This document shows positions 10,542 to 21,656 of a stretch of DNA of 64,000 bases, piece by piece. The DNA comes from Bifidobacteriaceae bacterium (GTDB lineage: Bacteria; Actinomycetota; Actinomycetes; Actinomycetales; WQXJ01). Each line of letters opens with the position of its first letter. Positions within the stretch are counted from its first letter, which is position 1. A program made the position numbers and the translations under genes. The DNA is taken from assembly GCA_031268215.1 (NCBI GenBank), contig JAIRXP010000004.1, forward strand, positions 458 to 64,457. Direction: 5' to 3'. Under the pieces are notes generated by a model. The model worked only from the letters and a program-made list of their open reading frames with translations. It ran no database searches and was not told the DNA's origin.

Positions 10542-11875
10542 TGCTCCTCCTTGCTCTGGAGCGGCTCAAGCTCTTCGGCGACCGATACGGACACCCTCTG
10601 CGCCCGAGGTGAAGGCGGCAACACCTGGCCCGGTAACGGTGGCACCGGGAAGCCCTTCGCGAAAGCGTCAATCACCACCGGTTCCTCGGGAACCTCCTCT
10701 GGCTCCTTCCGGACCGGCCAGTACCAGGCGATGATGAACACGATCATCCCCCAGGACAGCGCCGGCACTGTCCAGCTCTCCAGCCGCCGGTCGGTGAACT
10801 CATCGAACGCCCTGACGGAGGTCAAAATCACGATCCAGGACAGCGCCACCGGCAGCAGGCCCTTCCAGCCCAGCCTCATGAACTGGTCGTAACGGAACCG
10901 CACTACCGTGCCCCGAACCCACACGAAGACAAACATCAGGAACCAGGTCTTAGCCAGGAACCACAGGATGGTCCAGTAGCCGGTGTTGAGGAAGCCATCA
11001 CCAATCCAGCTCAGCGGCCACGGCGCCCGCCAACCGCCCAGGAACAGCGTGGTACACACCGCCGAAACGTTCAGCATGTTGATGTATTCAGCCAGGAAGA
11101 ACCAGGCGAACTTCATCGACGAGTATTCGGTCATGTAGCCGGCGACCAGTTCACCCTCCGCTTCCGGCAGGTCGAAGGGCAGGCGGTTGGTCTCGCCAAT
11201 CATGGCGATGATGTACAAGAACAGACTGGGCGCCAGCATCACGCCGTACCAAAGATCAGTCTGGGCAGTAACGATGGACGAGGTAGACATTGAACCCGAC
11301 ATGATGAACACAGTCACCAGGCTCATGCCCATGACTAGTTCATAAGAGATGATCTGAGCCGTTGATCGGACGGAGCCAAGCAGCGAGTAAGTGGCCCGCG
11401 AGGACCAGCCGCCTAGCACTATCCCGTACACACCAACGGCGGTCACGGCCAGTATGTACAGCACCGCCACCGGGAAGTCGGTTAGCTGCAACGGCGTAGA
11501 GATATCCGTGAAAGGAATCTTGACCTGGCCACCGATCGGGATGACCGCGAACACCATCAGTGAAGCCGCCACAGAGATTCCGGGCGCCACTATGTAGGTC
11601 AGCTTGTCAGCCCGCGAGACGTTGATGTCCTCTTTCAAGAGCAGTTTCATCGCATCGTAGACCAGTTGCAGCAAGCCCATGGGCCCACGCACGTTAGGAC
11701 CAATCCGCTGCTGCAAACGAGCGATCACCTTGCGTTCAAACCAGATCGCAATGATGACCGACACCAGGGCACAGATCAGGACCAGGACAGCCTTGGCGGC
11801 CACAATCCAACCGTTGTCCTGGCTGAAGTCAGCTACCACCCCGTCCGCTCCGACAGCGAGAACGCTGGCAATCAT
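10538..11875 (-). CDS. nuoH: NADH-quinone oxidoreductase subunit H
   Basis: [15 protein letters not shown] and [20 protein letters not shown] motifs. Confidence 0.97.
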   Translation of the reverse strand: MIASVLAVGADGVVADFSQDNGWIVAAKAVLVLICALVSVIIAIWFERKVIARLQQRIGPNVRGPMGLLQLVYDAMKLLLKEDINVSRADKLTYIVAPGISVAASLMVFAVIPIGGQVKIPFTDISTPLQLTDFPVAVLYILAVTAVGVYGIVLGGWSSRATYSLLGSVRSTAQIISYELVMGMSLVTVFIMSGSMSTSSIVTAQTDLWYGVMLAPSLFLYIIAMIGETNRLPFDLPEAEGELVAGYMTEYSSMKFAWFFLAEYINMLNVSAVCTTLFLGGWRAPWPLSWIGDGFLNTGYWTILWFLAKTWFLMFVFVWVRGTVVRFRYDQFMRLGWKGLLPVALSWIVILTSVRAFDEFTDRRLESWTVPALSWGMIVFIIAWYWPVRKEPEEVPEEPVVIDAFAKGFPVPPLPGQVLPPSPRAQRVSVSVAEELEPLQSKEEQ

Positions 11876-14349
11876 CGCGCAACCTCCTTCGGGCCGTGAG
11901 CCGCTGATATCCCCACTAAGTCGCCGTCGGTGGCGGTCAATGTCACCAACGTCCAGCTCCCGGGCGACTTGGCCGGCAGGTGGACAACACCTTCCGGCAG
12001 GTCATCAATCGCCACCGGGAGCGTGATGGTTCCGCCACTAGTGGAAACGTTCAAGTAGTCGCCTTGCCGGACACCGACCGCCCGGGCCGTTACGGCGCTG
12101 ATCCGGGCCACAGGTGCGGGGGCCGATGCCGCCAGGTACGGTTCGCCATCCAACGCGGCTGAGTCATCCACCTGATAGCGCCAGGTCGACAGGACCGCCT
12201 GACCAGCCCCCAGCGGCCGGGGCGCCCTAGGCGCCACTGCTGGAGCGGCCCGACGCGCGGACGGCTTGCCCAGCCAACCGAACACCTGATGCGATGTGGC
12301 CAGTTCACCGATCCGTGACTCGAAGCCCAACTGATCAGCTAGAACTTGCAGCACCCTCGCGTCCGACAAAGCAGTCGAGGTCAGGACCTGCGGGAACGGC
12401 CGCAGGCGGCCTTCCCAGTTGATGAAGGTTCCGGCCTTTTCCTGAGGCGGAGCGACCGGCAGGATGACGTCAGCCCAAGGGCTGATCGAATCTCCTCGCA
12501 CTTGCAAAGCCACCACCTTGGCGGTGTTCAAGGCTGCGGAAGCGGCCCTCGGATCGGGAAGATCCGCCAGCTCCAGGCCGCCCATCAGCACGGCATCCAC
12601 GGAACCGGCCTGGGCCGCGGCGATAATGCCCGGCAGATCAAGTCCTGGCGTGAGTCCCATGGGACCGCCGAAAACTGTCTCCGCTACGTCATCGGCCAAG
12701 GCATCCAAGGACCGGCCGGCCGGCGCCAGACCTGGCAGCAGACCGGCCTCAACCGCCGCCCTTTCCCCGGCGCGCCGGGGAATCCAGACCAGCCGTGCTC
12801 CCAGACGGTCCGCAGCCGCCAACGCCGCCGTGTAGGCCCCCGGCGAAGAGGCCAAACGCTCACCAACCACTATGACGCCGCCTTTCAGCGCCGCCGCCGC
12901 CTCGGCACGCGGTCCATCAGCCGCGCTGGATAGTGCGTCCAGAGCGCTGGCCTCACCACCGGGCAGCGCCCGCAGCAGTTTGCCGCCCAGCCGCCGCAGT
13001 CCACGCGAAGCGAATGGCGCGACCGAATAAACCTTGGTGTCCGCCTCACGCAGGCGCAGGAAGATAATCCCGCCCTCATCTTCGGGCTCGAAACCGGCCA
13101 GCAGTACGGCCGGCGCCTGGGCTAGATCATCGAGACTAACTCCAAGACCGGCACCGGCCACGAAGTGAGCCAAGAACTGGGCTTCCTCATGGCTGGAAGG
13201 ACGGGCCCGGAAATCGACCGAATCAGTTCCCAGAACCGTCCGGGCGAAGACCGAGTAAGCGTAAGCGTCCTCTAGGGTCAGCCGACCGCCCGGCAGCACA
13301 GCCGGATTGGTGGCCGAATCAAAGATCTCCACCGCCGCCCGGATGCCTTCTGGCCAGGAAACCTCGACTAGCTGATCCCCTTGACGCACCAGCGGGCGTT
13401 CCAGCCGGTCCGGCGCCGCTTGCCAACGGAAGGCGAACCGGTCCTTGTCGCTGATCCACTCCTGGTTGAGGCTAGGGTCATCGCCAGCTAGCCGACGCAG
13501 CACCGTGCCCCGGCGGTAATCGACCCGGATGGCCGAACCGTTGGAGTCATGTTCGGCCACGGTCTCGGTGCTGACCAAGTCGAACGGCCGGGCCCTAAAG
13601 CGGTAAGCAGCGGAGGTCAAAGCACCAACCGGGCAAATCTGGATGATATTCCCGGCGAAGTAGCCGGCGAACGGCTCACCACAGATGGCCGGGATATCGC
13701 CGGCGGTTTGATCCGCTAGCTGCCCGGCGGTTTCCGCCACACCCAGCACGCTGGGGTCGAAGCGCCCAATCTGCTGATTTGCGCCGCGCTTTTGCAGAGC
13801 GATGAACGGATCGCCGGGAATCTGGGCGGCGAAGCGGACGCACCGCTGGCAGAGCACGCAACGTTCCCGGTCCAGCAGGATCTGGGGCGTCAGAGCCAAC
13901 GGCTTGGGGAAAGTGTTCTTCTTGTCCTCGAACCGGGAAACCGAACGGCCTGTTGACATGGCCTGATTCTGCAACGGACATTCGCCGCCCTTGTCACAGA
14001 TTGGGCAATCCAGCGGATGGTTGATCAGGATCAGCTCAGCCACCTGCTCTTGAGCGTTCTTGGCGGCTTCAGAGCTGAGTTGGGTGTTGACCACCATCCC
14101 TGGCGTGACGCTGATGGCACAGGCTGGCTGGGGCTTGGGGAAAGCCCGCAGTTTTCCTTCCGGCCCGGCCGGCGAGGCCACGTCAACCAGGCATTGGCGG
14201 CAGGCCGCCACCGGCTTGAGCAAAGGATGGTCGCAGAACCGCGGGATCATAATGCCCGCTTCTTCGGCCGCCCGGATGATCAGGGTGTCCTTGGGCACCT
14301 CGATCTCAATGCCGTCGATGGTGCAAGCTACCAGGTCTGGCGTACTCAC
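11872..14349 (-). CDS. nuoG: NADH-quinone oxidoreductase subunit G
   Basis: IPRFCDHP...CRQC, NHPLDCPICDKGGECPLQ, CVLCQRCVRF and CPVGAL motifs. Confidence 0.96.
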   Translation of the reverse strand: MSTPDLVACTIDGIEIEVPKDTLIIRAAEEAGIMIPRFCDHPLLKPVAACRQCLVDVASPAGPEGKLRAFPKPQPACAISVTPGMVVNTQLSSEAAKNAQEQVAELILINHPLDCPICDKGGECPLQNQAMSTGRSVSRFEDKKNTFPKPLALTPQILLDRERCVLCQRCVRFAAQIPGDPFIALQKRGANQQIGRFDPSVLGVAETAGQLADQTAGDIPAICGEPFAGYFAGNIIQICPVGALTSAAYRFRARPFDLVSTETVAEHDSNGSAIRVDYRRGTVLRRLAGDDPSLNQEWISDKDRFAFRWQAAPDRLERPLVRQGDQLVEVSWPEGIRAAVEIFDSATNPAVLPGGRLTLEDAYAYSVFARTVLGTDSVDFRARPSSHEEAQFLAHFVAGAGLGVSLDDLAQAPAVLLAGFEPEDEGGIIFLRLREADTKVYSVAPFASRGLRRLGGKLLRALPGGEASALDALSSAADGPRAEAAAALKGGVIVVGERLASSPGAYTAALAAADRLGARLVWIPRRAGERAAVEAGLLPGLAPAGRSLDALADDVAETVFGGPMGLTPGLDLPGIIAAAQAGSVDAVLMGGLELADLPDPRAASAALNTAKVVALQVRGDSISPWADVILPVAPPQEKAGTFINWEGRLRPFPQVLTSTALSDARVLQVLADQLGFESRIGELATSHQVFGWLGKPSARRAAPAVAPRAPRPLGAGQAVLSTWRYQVDDSAALDGEPYLAASAPAPVARISAVTARAVGVRQGDYLNVSTSGGTITLPVAIDDLPEGVVHLPAKSPGSWTLVTLTATDGDLVGISAAHGPKEVAR

Positions 14350-15647
14350 GCTGTCACCGCCTCAAACAGGTAGGAAGCCTTGTGATCGAAGGGGCACCCG
14401 CCCAGTTGGATGTGCTGAACATATTCGTCGTAAAAGAACTTCAACGAAGAAGTCAGCGACGATGGCGCGCCGTCGCCTAGCGGACAGAAGGCCCGGCCCA
14501 CAATCGAGTTGGGGATGTCCTGAAGGATCTGCATGTCCTCCGGCCGGCCCAGGCCGGCTTCAATCCGCCTCAGAACCGACCTCAGCCAGAAGGTCCCCTC
14601 GCGGCACGGCGTACACTTCCCGCACGATTCATGAGCGTAGAAGTCCATCCACCGGCTCACCGCCCAGACCACACAAACCGTTTCGTCAAAGCACTGCAAG
14701 GCTCTGGTGCCAAGCATCGAGCCCGCCGCCACTACTGAGTCGTAGTCCAGCGGCACGTCAAGGTGCTCCGGAGTAAACATGGGCGTGGACGAACCGCCCG
14801 GCATCCAGAATTTCAGCCGATGCCCGGCCCGCACGCCGCCGGCCAGTTCGAGCAATTCGCGCATCGTGATTCCCAACGGCGCTTCATACTGCCCCGGCCG
14901 CACCACATGGCCAGACAATGAGTAGATGCCCACGCCAGTCGACTTCTCCGTGCCCATTGACTTCCACCAGTCGGCGCCGCCAGCGATTATCCACGGAACC
15001 GAGGCGATCGACTCAACGTTGTTGACCACCGTGGGCCGGGCGTAAAGCCCGGCCACCGCCGGAAACGGAGGCTTCAGCCGCGGCTGGCCACGGCGGCCCT
15101 CCAAGGAGTCCAGCAGGGCGGTTTCCTCGCCGCAGATGTAGGCCCCAGCGCCAGCATGGACGGTCAATTCCAGCTCGTAACCGGAGCCCATCACGGAACT
15201 ACCCAGCAACCCGGCCCGCCGGGCCTCGGTCACAGCGTTCAGCAGCCGCCGGTAGACGTGAACCACTTCGCCACGCAGATAGATAAACGCATGGTGGCAA
15301 CCAATGGCGTAAGACGTGATGATGATGCCTTCGATCAGCGAATGCGGGTCAGCCATCATCAGCGGGATGTCCTTGCAGGTGCCAGGCTCAGATTCGTCAG
15401 CGTTGACGACCAGGTAACGCGGCCCGCCATCCGGCGGGGGCAAGAACGACCATTTCACACCAGTCGGGAAGCCGGCGCCGCCGCGGCCACGCAGGCCCGA
15501 ATCCTTGACAGTATTCAGGACCTCGGCTGGTTCCATTCGCAGGGCCTCGCGCAGGGCCTGGTAACCGCCGGTCCGCTGGTACGCGTCCAAGGTCCAAGCC
15601 CGCTCATTGCCCCAACGAGAAGTCAGGAGGGGAGCCAGAGCGCTCAC
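14346..15647 (-). CDS. nuoF: NADH-quinone oxidoreductase subunit F
   Basis: GLRGRGGAGFP, GAGAYICGEETAL and ESCGKCTPCREG motifs. Confidence 0.97.
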   Translation of the reverse strand: MSALAPLLTSRWGNERAWTLDAYQRTGGYQALREALRMEPAEVLNTVKDSGLRGRGGAGFPTGVKWSFLPPPDGGPRYLVVNADESEPGTCKDIPLMMADPHSLIEGIIITSYAIGCHHAFIYLRGEVVHVYRRLLNAVTEARRAGLLGSSVMGSGYELELTVHAGAGAYICGEETALLDSLEGRRGQPRLKPPFPAVAGLYARPTVVNNVESIASVPWIIAGGADWWKSMGTEKSTGVGIYSLSGHVVRPGQYEAPLGITMRELLELAGGVRAGHRLKFWMPGGSSTPMFTPEHLDVPLDYDSVVAAGSMLGTRALQCFDETVCVVWAVSRWMDFYAHESCGKCTPCREGTFWLRSVLRRIEAGLGRPEDMQILQDIPNSIVGRAFCPLGDGAPSSLTSSLKFFYDEYVQHIQLGGCPFDHKASYLFEAVTA

Positions 15648-16357
15648 TTCGTTTCATCCCCTTCCAGGGTGGCTGGTGTAGCCCGGACGGACCCGGCGGC
15701 CGGCAGCGGTGGCGCCGCCCAAAGGTTACGCGCCGCCAAATCAACGCCCTCCAGCGACGGTTGGCCGGCGGCGGGGCCCTCATTGGCGTGGCCGTCCTCA
15801 AAACCGGCCAGTACTCGCGACACCTCTTTGAAGGTGGCCAGCCGGTCCGGCCCGCGGCTGGGCCGGACGGCCCGGCTGCCCCGGATGTCCTCAACTAGCT
15901 GAACCGCGCTGGACGGCGTTTGGTTGTCAAAGAATTCCCAGTTGACCATCAGCACTGGCGCGTAATCGCAGGCCGCATTGCATTCGATCTTCTCTAGTGT
16001 GAACAGGCCATCAGCGGTGGTCTCATCATTGCCCACGGCCAGGTATTCGCTCAGCCGTTCATAGATGGCGTCCCCGCCCATCACCCCGCACAGTGAAGTG
16101 ACGCAGACGCCCAGCGTGTACTTGCCGTTGGGCTGGCGTTTGAACTGGCTGTAGAAGGTGGCCACAGCGCTAACCTCAGCGGCGGTCAGCTCCAGGGTCT
16201 CAGCGCAAAAAGCCGTCCCATCAGGCGAAACGTAGCCGTCCACCGACTGGACCAAGTGCAGCATTGGCAACAGCGCGCTACGGGCCGAGGGATACCGCGC
16301 GACGATCTGGGCGGCATCGGCCCGGAGGGTTTCCAGAGTTCGCGGATCGTAAGTCAT
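15644..16357 (-). CDS. nuoE: NADH-quinone oxidoreductase subunit E
   Basis: VATFYSQF motif; 2Fe-2S ligands CVTSLC...ECNAAC. Confidence 0.96.
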   Translation of the reverse strand: MTYDPRTLETLRADAAQIVARYPSARSALLPMLHLVQSVDGYVSPDGTAFCAETLELTAAEVSAVATFYSQFKRQPNGKYTLGVCVTSLCGVMGGDAIYERLSEYLAVGNDETTADGLFTLEKIECNAACDYAPVLMVNWEFFDNQTPSSAVQLVEDIRGSRAVRPSRGPDRLATFKEVSRVLAGFEDGHANEGPAAGQPSLEGVDLAARNLWAAPPLPAAGSVRATPATLEGDETK

Positions 16358-17682
16358 CGGTCTACCCCTCCCATCACCGGATCAATCGAGGCTAGGCAAA
16401 CCACAACGTCAGAGATAGTGCCACCGTTGCACAGAGCGGCCATCGACTGCAGGTTGTTGTAAGAAGGCTCCCGCATGTGTACCCGGTAGGGCCGGGTACC
16501 GCCATCCGACACCACGTGGACCCCGAAGACCCCCTTGGCGTGTTCAATGGCGTGGAACGCCTGACCCTCCGGGACTCGGAAGCCCTCCGTCACCAGTTTG
16601 AAGTGGTGGATCAAGGACTCCATGGAAGTAGCCATGATCTCCTTGACGTGCTCGTAGGACTGGCCTTGACCGTCCGGCCCAATCTCAAGCTTGGCGGGCC
16701 AAGCGATGGCTGGATCTTCGATCATGACTGGTCCCTCACCCATTGCCTCCAGCTTGTCGATGCACTGGGCGACGATCTTCATTGATTCGCGCATCTCATT
16801 TGAACGGACCAGGTAGCGGCCGTACACATCCGCCGTGGTGGCCGTGCAGACTTCGAAATCATAATTCTCATAGCCGCAGTAAGGCTTGTCCTTGCGCAGG
16901 TCAAGCGGCAAACCGGCGGCCCGAAGCATGGGACCGGTGACACCCAGCGCCATGCACGCCGCCAGGGACAGATTGCCAATTCCGGCGGTGCGGGCCTTCC
17001 AGATCGGATTGGCCATGACCATGTTGTCGAAGTCATCCATGCCCCGGACCATTGACTTGTACACGCCCTTCAGCCAACCGAGCGCCTCCGGCGGCAAGTC
17101 TTGGACTACGCCGCCGGGCCGGAAGTAAGCATTGTTCATACGTTGTCCGGTGACCATCTCAAAGAAGCGCAGAACCTGTTCGCGTTCCCGGAAAGCGATT
17201 GTCATCAGCGTGGTGCCGCCAAGCTCGTTGCCGGCCGAACCGACGCAAACCAGGTGCGAAGAGATCCGCGCCATCTCCATCATCAGCACCCGGATGACCT
17301 GCGCTCGCTCCGGGATGCGATCAGTAATGCCGGCCAGTTTCTCAACCGCGAAACAGTAGCCGGCCTCATTCATGATGGAGGCAACGTAGTCCATCCGGGT
17401 GGCCAAGGCCGAGCCCTGCACCCAGGTCCGGTACTCCATGGTCTTCTCAATGCCGGTGTGCAGGAAGCCCAAGGCCGGCCGGGTCTCGCTGACGGTTTCA
17501 CCGTCTAGTTCGAGGACCAAGCGCAGCACGCCATGGGTAGAGGGATGCTGCGGCCCCATGTTGACCACGACGCGTTCCTCTTTGCGGCGAGTCATCTCCT
17601 GGGCTATCTCATCCCAGTCACCGCCAAAGGCAACGTATTCTTCCGCCGCTTCATCGATGACCGTCTGGTCAGGCCTGGTCAT
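16354..17682 (-). CDS. nuoD: NADH-quinone oxidoreductase subunit D
   Basis: [15 protein letters not shown] motif; C-terminal DPVMGGVDR. Confidence 0.97.
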   Translation of the reverse strand: MTRPDQTVIDEAAEEYVAFGGDWDEIAQEMTRRKEERVVVNMGPQHPSTHGVLRLVLELDGETVSETRPALGFLHTGIEKTMEYRTWVQGSALATRMDYVASIMNEAGYCFAVEKLAGITDRIPERAQVIRVLMMEMARISSHLVCVGSAGNELGGTTLMTIAFREREQVLRFFEMVTGQRMNNAYFRPGGVVQDLPPEALGWLKGVYKSMVRGMDDFDNMVMANPIWKARTAGIGNLSLAACMALGVTGPMLRAAGLPLDLRKDKPYCGYENYDFEVCTATTADVYGRYLVRSNEMRESMKIVAQCIDKLEAMGEGPVMIEDPAIAWPAKLEIGPDGQGQSYEHVKEIMATSMESLIHHFKLVTEGFRVPEGQAFHAIEHAKGVFGVHVVSDGGTRPYRVHMREPSYNNLQSMAALCNGGTISDVVVCLASIDPVMGGVDR

Positions 17683-18401
17683 GAGTAGTTCCTCCTGAGG
17701 TCCGGCGGTGGTGTCGACGCGCCTTTGAACCGCACATCAATCCCGCCCAGCGGATAATCCTTACGCTGCGGATGGCCAATCCAATCGGTTGGCATCAGAA
17801 TGCGGGTTAGGTCGGGGTGCCCGTCGAAGATGATCCCGAACATGTCATAGGTTTCCCGCTCATGCCAGTCTTGGGTGGGATACAGGTCCACCAGGCTGGG
17901 GACGTGCGGATCCTCATCTGGGGCGGTCACCTCCAGCCGGATGATCCGACGGCCGTGAGTGACGGACATCAGATGGTAGACGGCATGGAACTCGCGGCCT
18001 CGGTCGCCCGGGTAATGCACACCGTTGACGCCCAGCGACAGCTCAAAACGCAGATCCTGGTCATCCCGCAAGAACTGGGCCACTGCCACCAGGTCCTGCC
18101 GCCGGATGAACAAGGTCAGTTCATCACGGTCCACCACCACTTTCTCAATGGCCTGGTCCAGTCCCGCCTCAGCCAAGTCCTCAGCCAGGATGTCCGCCAC
18201 CGCGTCAAACCAGCCGCCGTAGGGGCGGGGGCTAGACCCGGCAATCTGAACCAGGCGGGTCAACCCGCCAAAGCCGGAAGTGTCGCCGGTGTCATGGGCG
18301 CCAAAGGCGCCGTGCCGGACTTCAATTACCTCCGGCGCGCCAGCGGCTGGCCCGCCCACCACCAGTTCCTGGCTGGCGTCACCGGGATGGTTGATGCTCA
18401 T
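17679..18401 (-). CDS. nuoC: NADH-quinone oxidoreductase subunit C
   Basis: [26 protein letters not shown]...[10 protein letters not shown] motif. Confidence 0.97.
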   Translation of the reverse strand: MSINHPGDASQELVVGGPAAGAPEVIEVRHGAFGAHDTGDTSGFGGLTRLVQIAGSSPRPYGGWFDAVADILAEDLAEAGLDQAIEKVVVDRDELTLFIRRQDLVAVAQFLRDDQDLRFELSLGVNGVHYPGDRGREFHAVYHLMSVTHGRRIIRLEVTAPDEDPHVPSLVDLYPTQDWHERETYDMFGIIFDGHPDLTRILMPTDWIGHPQRKDYPLGGIDVRFKGASTPPPDLRRNYS

Positions 18402-18958
18402 ACCAGCAGCCCTTTCATATCGTTGACCGGCACCGCGCTCATTGCCGCTTCCTCGGCGGCACGGGCGGCCTTGACCCGGTCGATCCCCAGGCCTTCGGCC
18501 TCGATCTGTCGGTACAGCTCAATGATGGCGTGGATCAGCATTTCCGGACGCGGCGGGCAGCCGGGAATGTAGATGTCAATCGGCACTACGTGGTCAACGC
18601 CCTGGACAATGGCGTAGTTGTTGAAGATCCCGCCGGAGGAGGCGCAGGAACCCATTGAGATGACCCACTTCGGGTCCGCCATCTGGTCATAGACCCGGCG
18701 CACCACCGGGGCCATCTTGTGCGACATTCGGCCGTTGACCAGCATCAGATCCGCCTGGCGAGGTGAGGCACGGAAGACCTCCATACCGTAGCGGGAAATA
18801 TCGAAGCGGGAGGTCCCCACCGCCATCATCTCGATTGAGCAGCAGGCCAACCCCATGGTGACCGGCCACAGCGAACCGGCTCTGATGTGGTTGACCAGCT
18901 TGGCGATCGAACTGAGCGCGAAACCTTCCGGCGCGCGGCCCTCTATGCCGTCAGCCAT
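18398..18958 (-). CDS. nuoB: NADH-quinone oxidoreductase subunit B
   Basis: [17 protein letters not shown] and PGCPPRPE motifs. Start placed at ATG 18958, overlapping the end of nuoA. Confidence 0.96.
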   Translation of the reverse strand: MADGIEGRAPEGFALSSIAKLVNHIRAGSLWPVTMGLACCSIEMMAVGTSRFDISRYGMEVFRASPRQADLMLVNGRMSHKMAPVVRRVYDQMADPKWVISMGSCASSGGIFNNYAIVQGVDHVVPIDIYIPGCPPRPEMLIHAIIELYRQIEAEGLGIDRVKAARAAEEAAMSAVPVNDMKGLLV

Positions 18959-19334
18959 CTGAGGATTCGCCCCCGTCCCAATCAAGCCCGCCACGGCGCC
19001 ATTCGTAGACCAGCGGCACGGTGATCAAGGCCAGGAAGGCCATCATGGCGATGGTCGCCCCCAGCCCCAGGGCTGTAAAGTTGGCGGCCCACGGATACAG
19101 GAACACGACCTCAATGTCGAAGACGATGAAGCTCATCGCCACCAGGTAGAAGCGGACCGGGAACCGGCCCCCTTCACGCGCGTGCGGGCTGGCCTCAATG
19201 CCGCATTCGTACTCCTCAAACTTGGCTCTGTTGTACCGGTGCGGGCCTAGCACCCAGCTGGCGCCCAGGCCGCCAAAGCCCATCACGGCCGCCACGGCCA
19301 GCATCGCCAGGATGGGCACAAACGGGTTGGTCAC
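18951..19334 (-). CDS. nuoA: NADH-quinone oxidoreductase subunit A
   Basis: YECG and [15 protein letters not shown] motifs; GGAGG RBS. Confidence 0.96.
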   Translation of the reverse strand: MTNPFVPILAMLAVAAVMGFGGLGASWVLGPHRYNRAKFEEYECGIEASPHAREGGRFPVRFYLVAMSFIVFDIEVVFLYPWAANFTALGLGATIAMMAFLALITVPLVYEWRRGGLDWDGGESSDG

Positions 19335-19367
19335 TTCAAACCTCCACCTTGGTGTGGCCGGTCGCTG

Positions 19368-20657
19368 TCATGCGGCCGGCGCCATTCGAGCAAGCGTAGC
19401 GATGGTCCTGTCCATCCAGTCACCTCCACGCGGTTCATAAAGATCGCTGAGCAGCTTCATGACCAGTCTCATCAACGTAGGACGGGGCAACCCGTACCTA
19501 GTGCAGACCCGCATCACAGCGGGATGTTCAATCAGCTTCACAAAGACTCTACCCAAAGAGAAATATCCTCCCAGCGATTCTTTCATCAATTCGGGGTAAG
19601 TCCTAAGGGCCGCCTCGCGGGACTCGCCGGCCGGGCGCGCCAACGCCTGGGTGATCGCCCCGGCGGCCACCCGGCCGGATTCCATGGCGTAGGCGATCCC
19701 TTCGCCATCAAAGGGCGAAACCATGCCGCCGGCGTCACCGACCAGGATCAGTCCCCGGGCGTACAGCGGCTGGCGGCTGAAAGCCATGGGCAGGGCGGCC
19801 GAACGCGGCGGGTCCTCCAGATCCTCAGACGTGAAACCCCACAATGGCCCCAATGTGTCGAGCCAAGTAGTCAGGAGCTGGCGGTAGTTGATCTTGGCGG
19901 CAATGGCGGTCGACGTGACCGACCCAACACCAACGTTCACCAAGCCACCGGCCTCCGGGAAAACCCAGCCGTAACCGGGCATCAGCTTGCCGTCCTCGCT
20001 GGGGCCGTCCCACAGTTCGAGGTGTGATTCCATCCAGTCCATCTGGCCCGGGCGGGACGGCGGCTGGGACAACTTCAGGCGGGAGCGAACTGCCACGCCA
20101 ACTGGGCGGTTAGTCTTCTTCGACCGGCCGATCGCGGTGGCCAAACGGGCTGAGACGCCATCGGCCGCGACCACTAGCCGGGCCCGGAACTGGCGCTCGC
20201 CTTCTGGCGTGGTGGCCTTGACGCCAACCACCCGGCCGCTGCGGTCATCTAACAAGGGCGCCGTCACCGTGGTGTTCTCCAGCAACGTGGCTCCGGCCTG
20301 GACGGCGTGGCGGGCCAGCCGGTGGTCAAACTCCTCGCGGGGCAGGGTCAGGCCAAAATCTGGGAAGGAGGCCAAGGATGGCCAAGGCAGCTCTAGCTGG
20401 TGGCCGCCGCCAAAGACTCTCAGGCCACGGTTGCGCAGCCAGCCTTCTTCTTCCGGGAAAGGCAGGCCCAAGTAGACCAATTCCCGGACGGCCCGTGGCG
20501 TCAGCCCATCCCCACACGCCTTTGGGCGGGGGAATGCGGACTTTTCGAGGACCACAGTATCCACGCCAGCGTTGGCGAGGTAGGTGGCAGCAGCGGACCC
20601 CGCGGGTCCGGCGCCGACGACGATCACACTTGAGTCGCCACCTGAGCTTGCGGGCAC
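19368..20657 (-). CDS. menJ: Geranylgeranyl reductase family protein, menaquinone side-chain reductase MenJ
   Basis: VVGAGPAGS, PRPKACGDGLTPRAV and GDAGGMVSPFDGEGIAYAMESG motifs; syntenic with menG. Probable start is GTG 20657, not 20762. Confidence 0.85.
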   Translation of the reverse strand: MPASSGGDSSVIVVGAGPAGSAAATYLANAGVDTVVLEKSAFPRPKACGDGLTPRAVRELVYLGLPFPEEEGWLRNRGLRVFGGGHQLELPWPSLASFPDFGLTLPREEFDHRLARHAVQAGATLLENTTVTAPLLDDRSGRVVGVKATTPEGERQFRARLVVAADGVSARLATAIGRSKKTNRPVGVAVRSRLKLSQPPSRPGQMDWMESHLELWDGPSEDGKLMPGYGWVFPEAGGLVNVGVGSVTSTAIAAKINYRQLLTTWLDTLGPLWGFTSEDLEDPPRSAALPMAFSRQPLYARGLILVGDAGGMVSPFDGEGIAYAMESGRVAAGAITQALARPAGESREAALRTYPELMKESLGGYFSLGRVFVKLIEHPAVMRVCTRYGLPRPTLMRLVMKLLSDLYEPRGGDWMDRTIATLARMAPAA

Positions 20658-20811
20658 CGGGCAGCCTTTCACGTAAATTGACGAATTGACCTGGAACACA
20701 CAGATTCTACATAAGTTGGGAGCCTCTTCTGTGCACTTTCCCCGGTTAGCGGCCAATCGCAATTACGAAACAAAGATGTCGCTTTATTAGCGGTTATTAC
20801 GGCCACCACGC

Positions 20812-21516
20812 TTACCGGGCCACCGCGCGGTGCAGGGCCACGATCCCGCCCATCACGTTGCGGTGCTTGGGCTGAGACCAACCCGCCAGCGCGATCTGCC
20901 GCTCCAACTCGCCTTGGTCCGCCCAGGCCCAGATCGAATCCGCCAGATACCGGTAGGCCGGCGAGTTAGTCGCCACCACCTTGGCCAGAACCGGCATGAC
21001 CTTGCTCAAGTACCAGCGGTAGACGGCGCGGTAGGGCCGCCAGACCGGCCTTGAGAACTCACAGATCACGATCTTCCCGCCCGGCTTGGTCACCCGCCGC
21101 ATCTCCCGCAGCGCCTGTGGCACGTCCTGAACATTGCGCAGGCCGAAGGAGATGGTGACCTTATCGAAGGTCGCGTCCGCGAAGGGCAGATCGGTAGCGT
21201 CCCCACCAACTAAGCCCACCCGCCGGGCCCCGGTGCCCAGCCGACGGCGCCCCCGCTGGAGCATTCCCTCGGAAAAGTCGCAAGCTACTACTTGGGCCCC
21301 GCGCTTGGCGAGAGCCACCGAAGAACTGCAAGTCCCGGCCGCCAGATCAAGGATCCGCTCCCCCACCCGAGGAGCCACTTCCTGGAGAGTGCTCCGGCGC
21401 CACCAGCGGACCAGCCCAACGGTCATGATGGCGTCCGCGAAATCGTAATTCTGGGCCACCGTGTCAAACATGGCCGCGACAGTTCCGGGCTCTTTGGCTA
21501 GATCAGCAGCTGTCAC
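20812..21516 (-). CDS. menG: Demethylmenaquinone methyltransferase
   Basis: VAAMFDTVA, LDLAAGT, TISFGLRNV and RVTKPGG...EFS motifs (UbiE/MenG). Confidence 0.93.
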   Translation of the reverse strand: MTAADLAKEPGTVAAMFDTVAQNYDFADAIMTVGLVRWWRRSTLQEVAPRVGERILDLAAGTCSSSVALAKRGAQVVACDFSEGMLQRGRRRLGTGARRVGLVGGDATDLPFADATFDKVTISFGLRNVQDVPQALREMRRVTKPGGKIVICEFSRPVWRPYRAVYRWYLSKVMPVLAKVVATNSPAYRYLADSIWAWADQGELERQIALAGWSQPKHRNVMGGIVALHRAVAR

Positions 21517-21656
21517 ACTGCCATGATTTCACGTCTCCGCCAGGCGCGAGGTAGCCGCCAGTCCCGGTTCGCGATTTGGGCTCTCGTCAAGGACGGAGAT
21601 CTTGGCCGAAATTGACGCCCCACGCCACCGCTGTCAGGCGCTAGGCTGGTCCGGCG

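Noticed and set aside
3420-20700. Many long plus-strand ORFs (e.g. 7394-8329, 9891-10892, 17817-18572) antisense to nuo/menJ
   Set aside because: Expected antisense shadows from high-GC codon bias; no recognisable domains or RBS.
20660-20811. Rex operator upstream of menJ-nuo
   Set aside because: The region is AT-rich and promoter-like, but has no convincing TTGTGAA-N4-TTCACAA palindrome.
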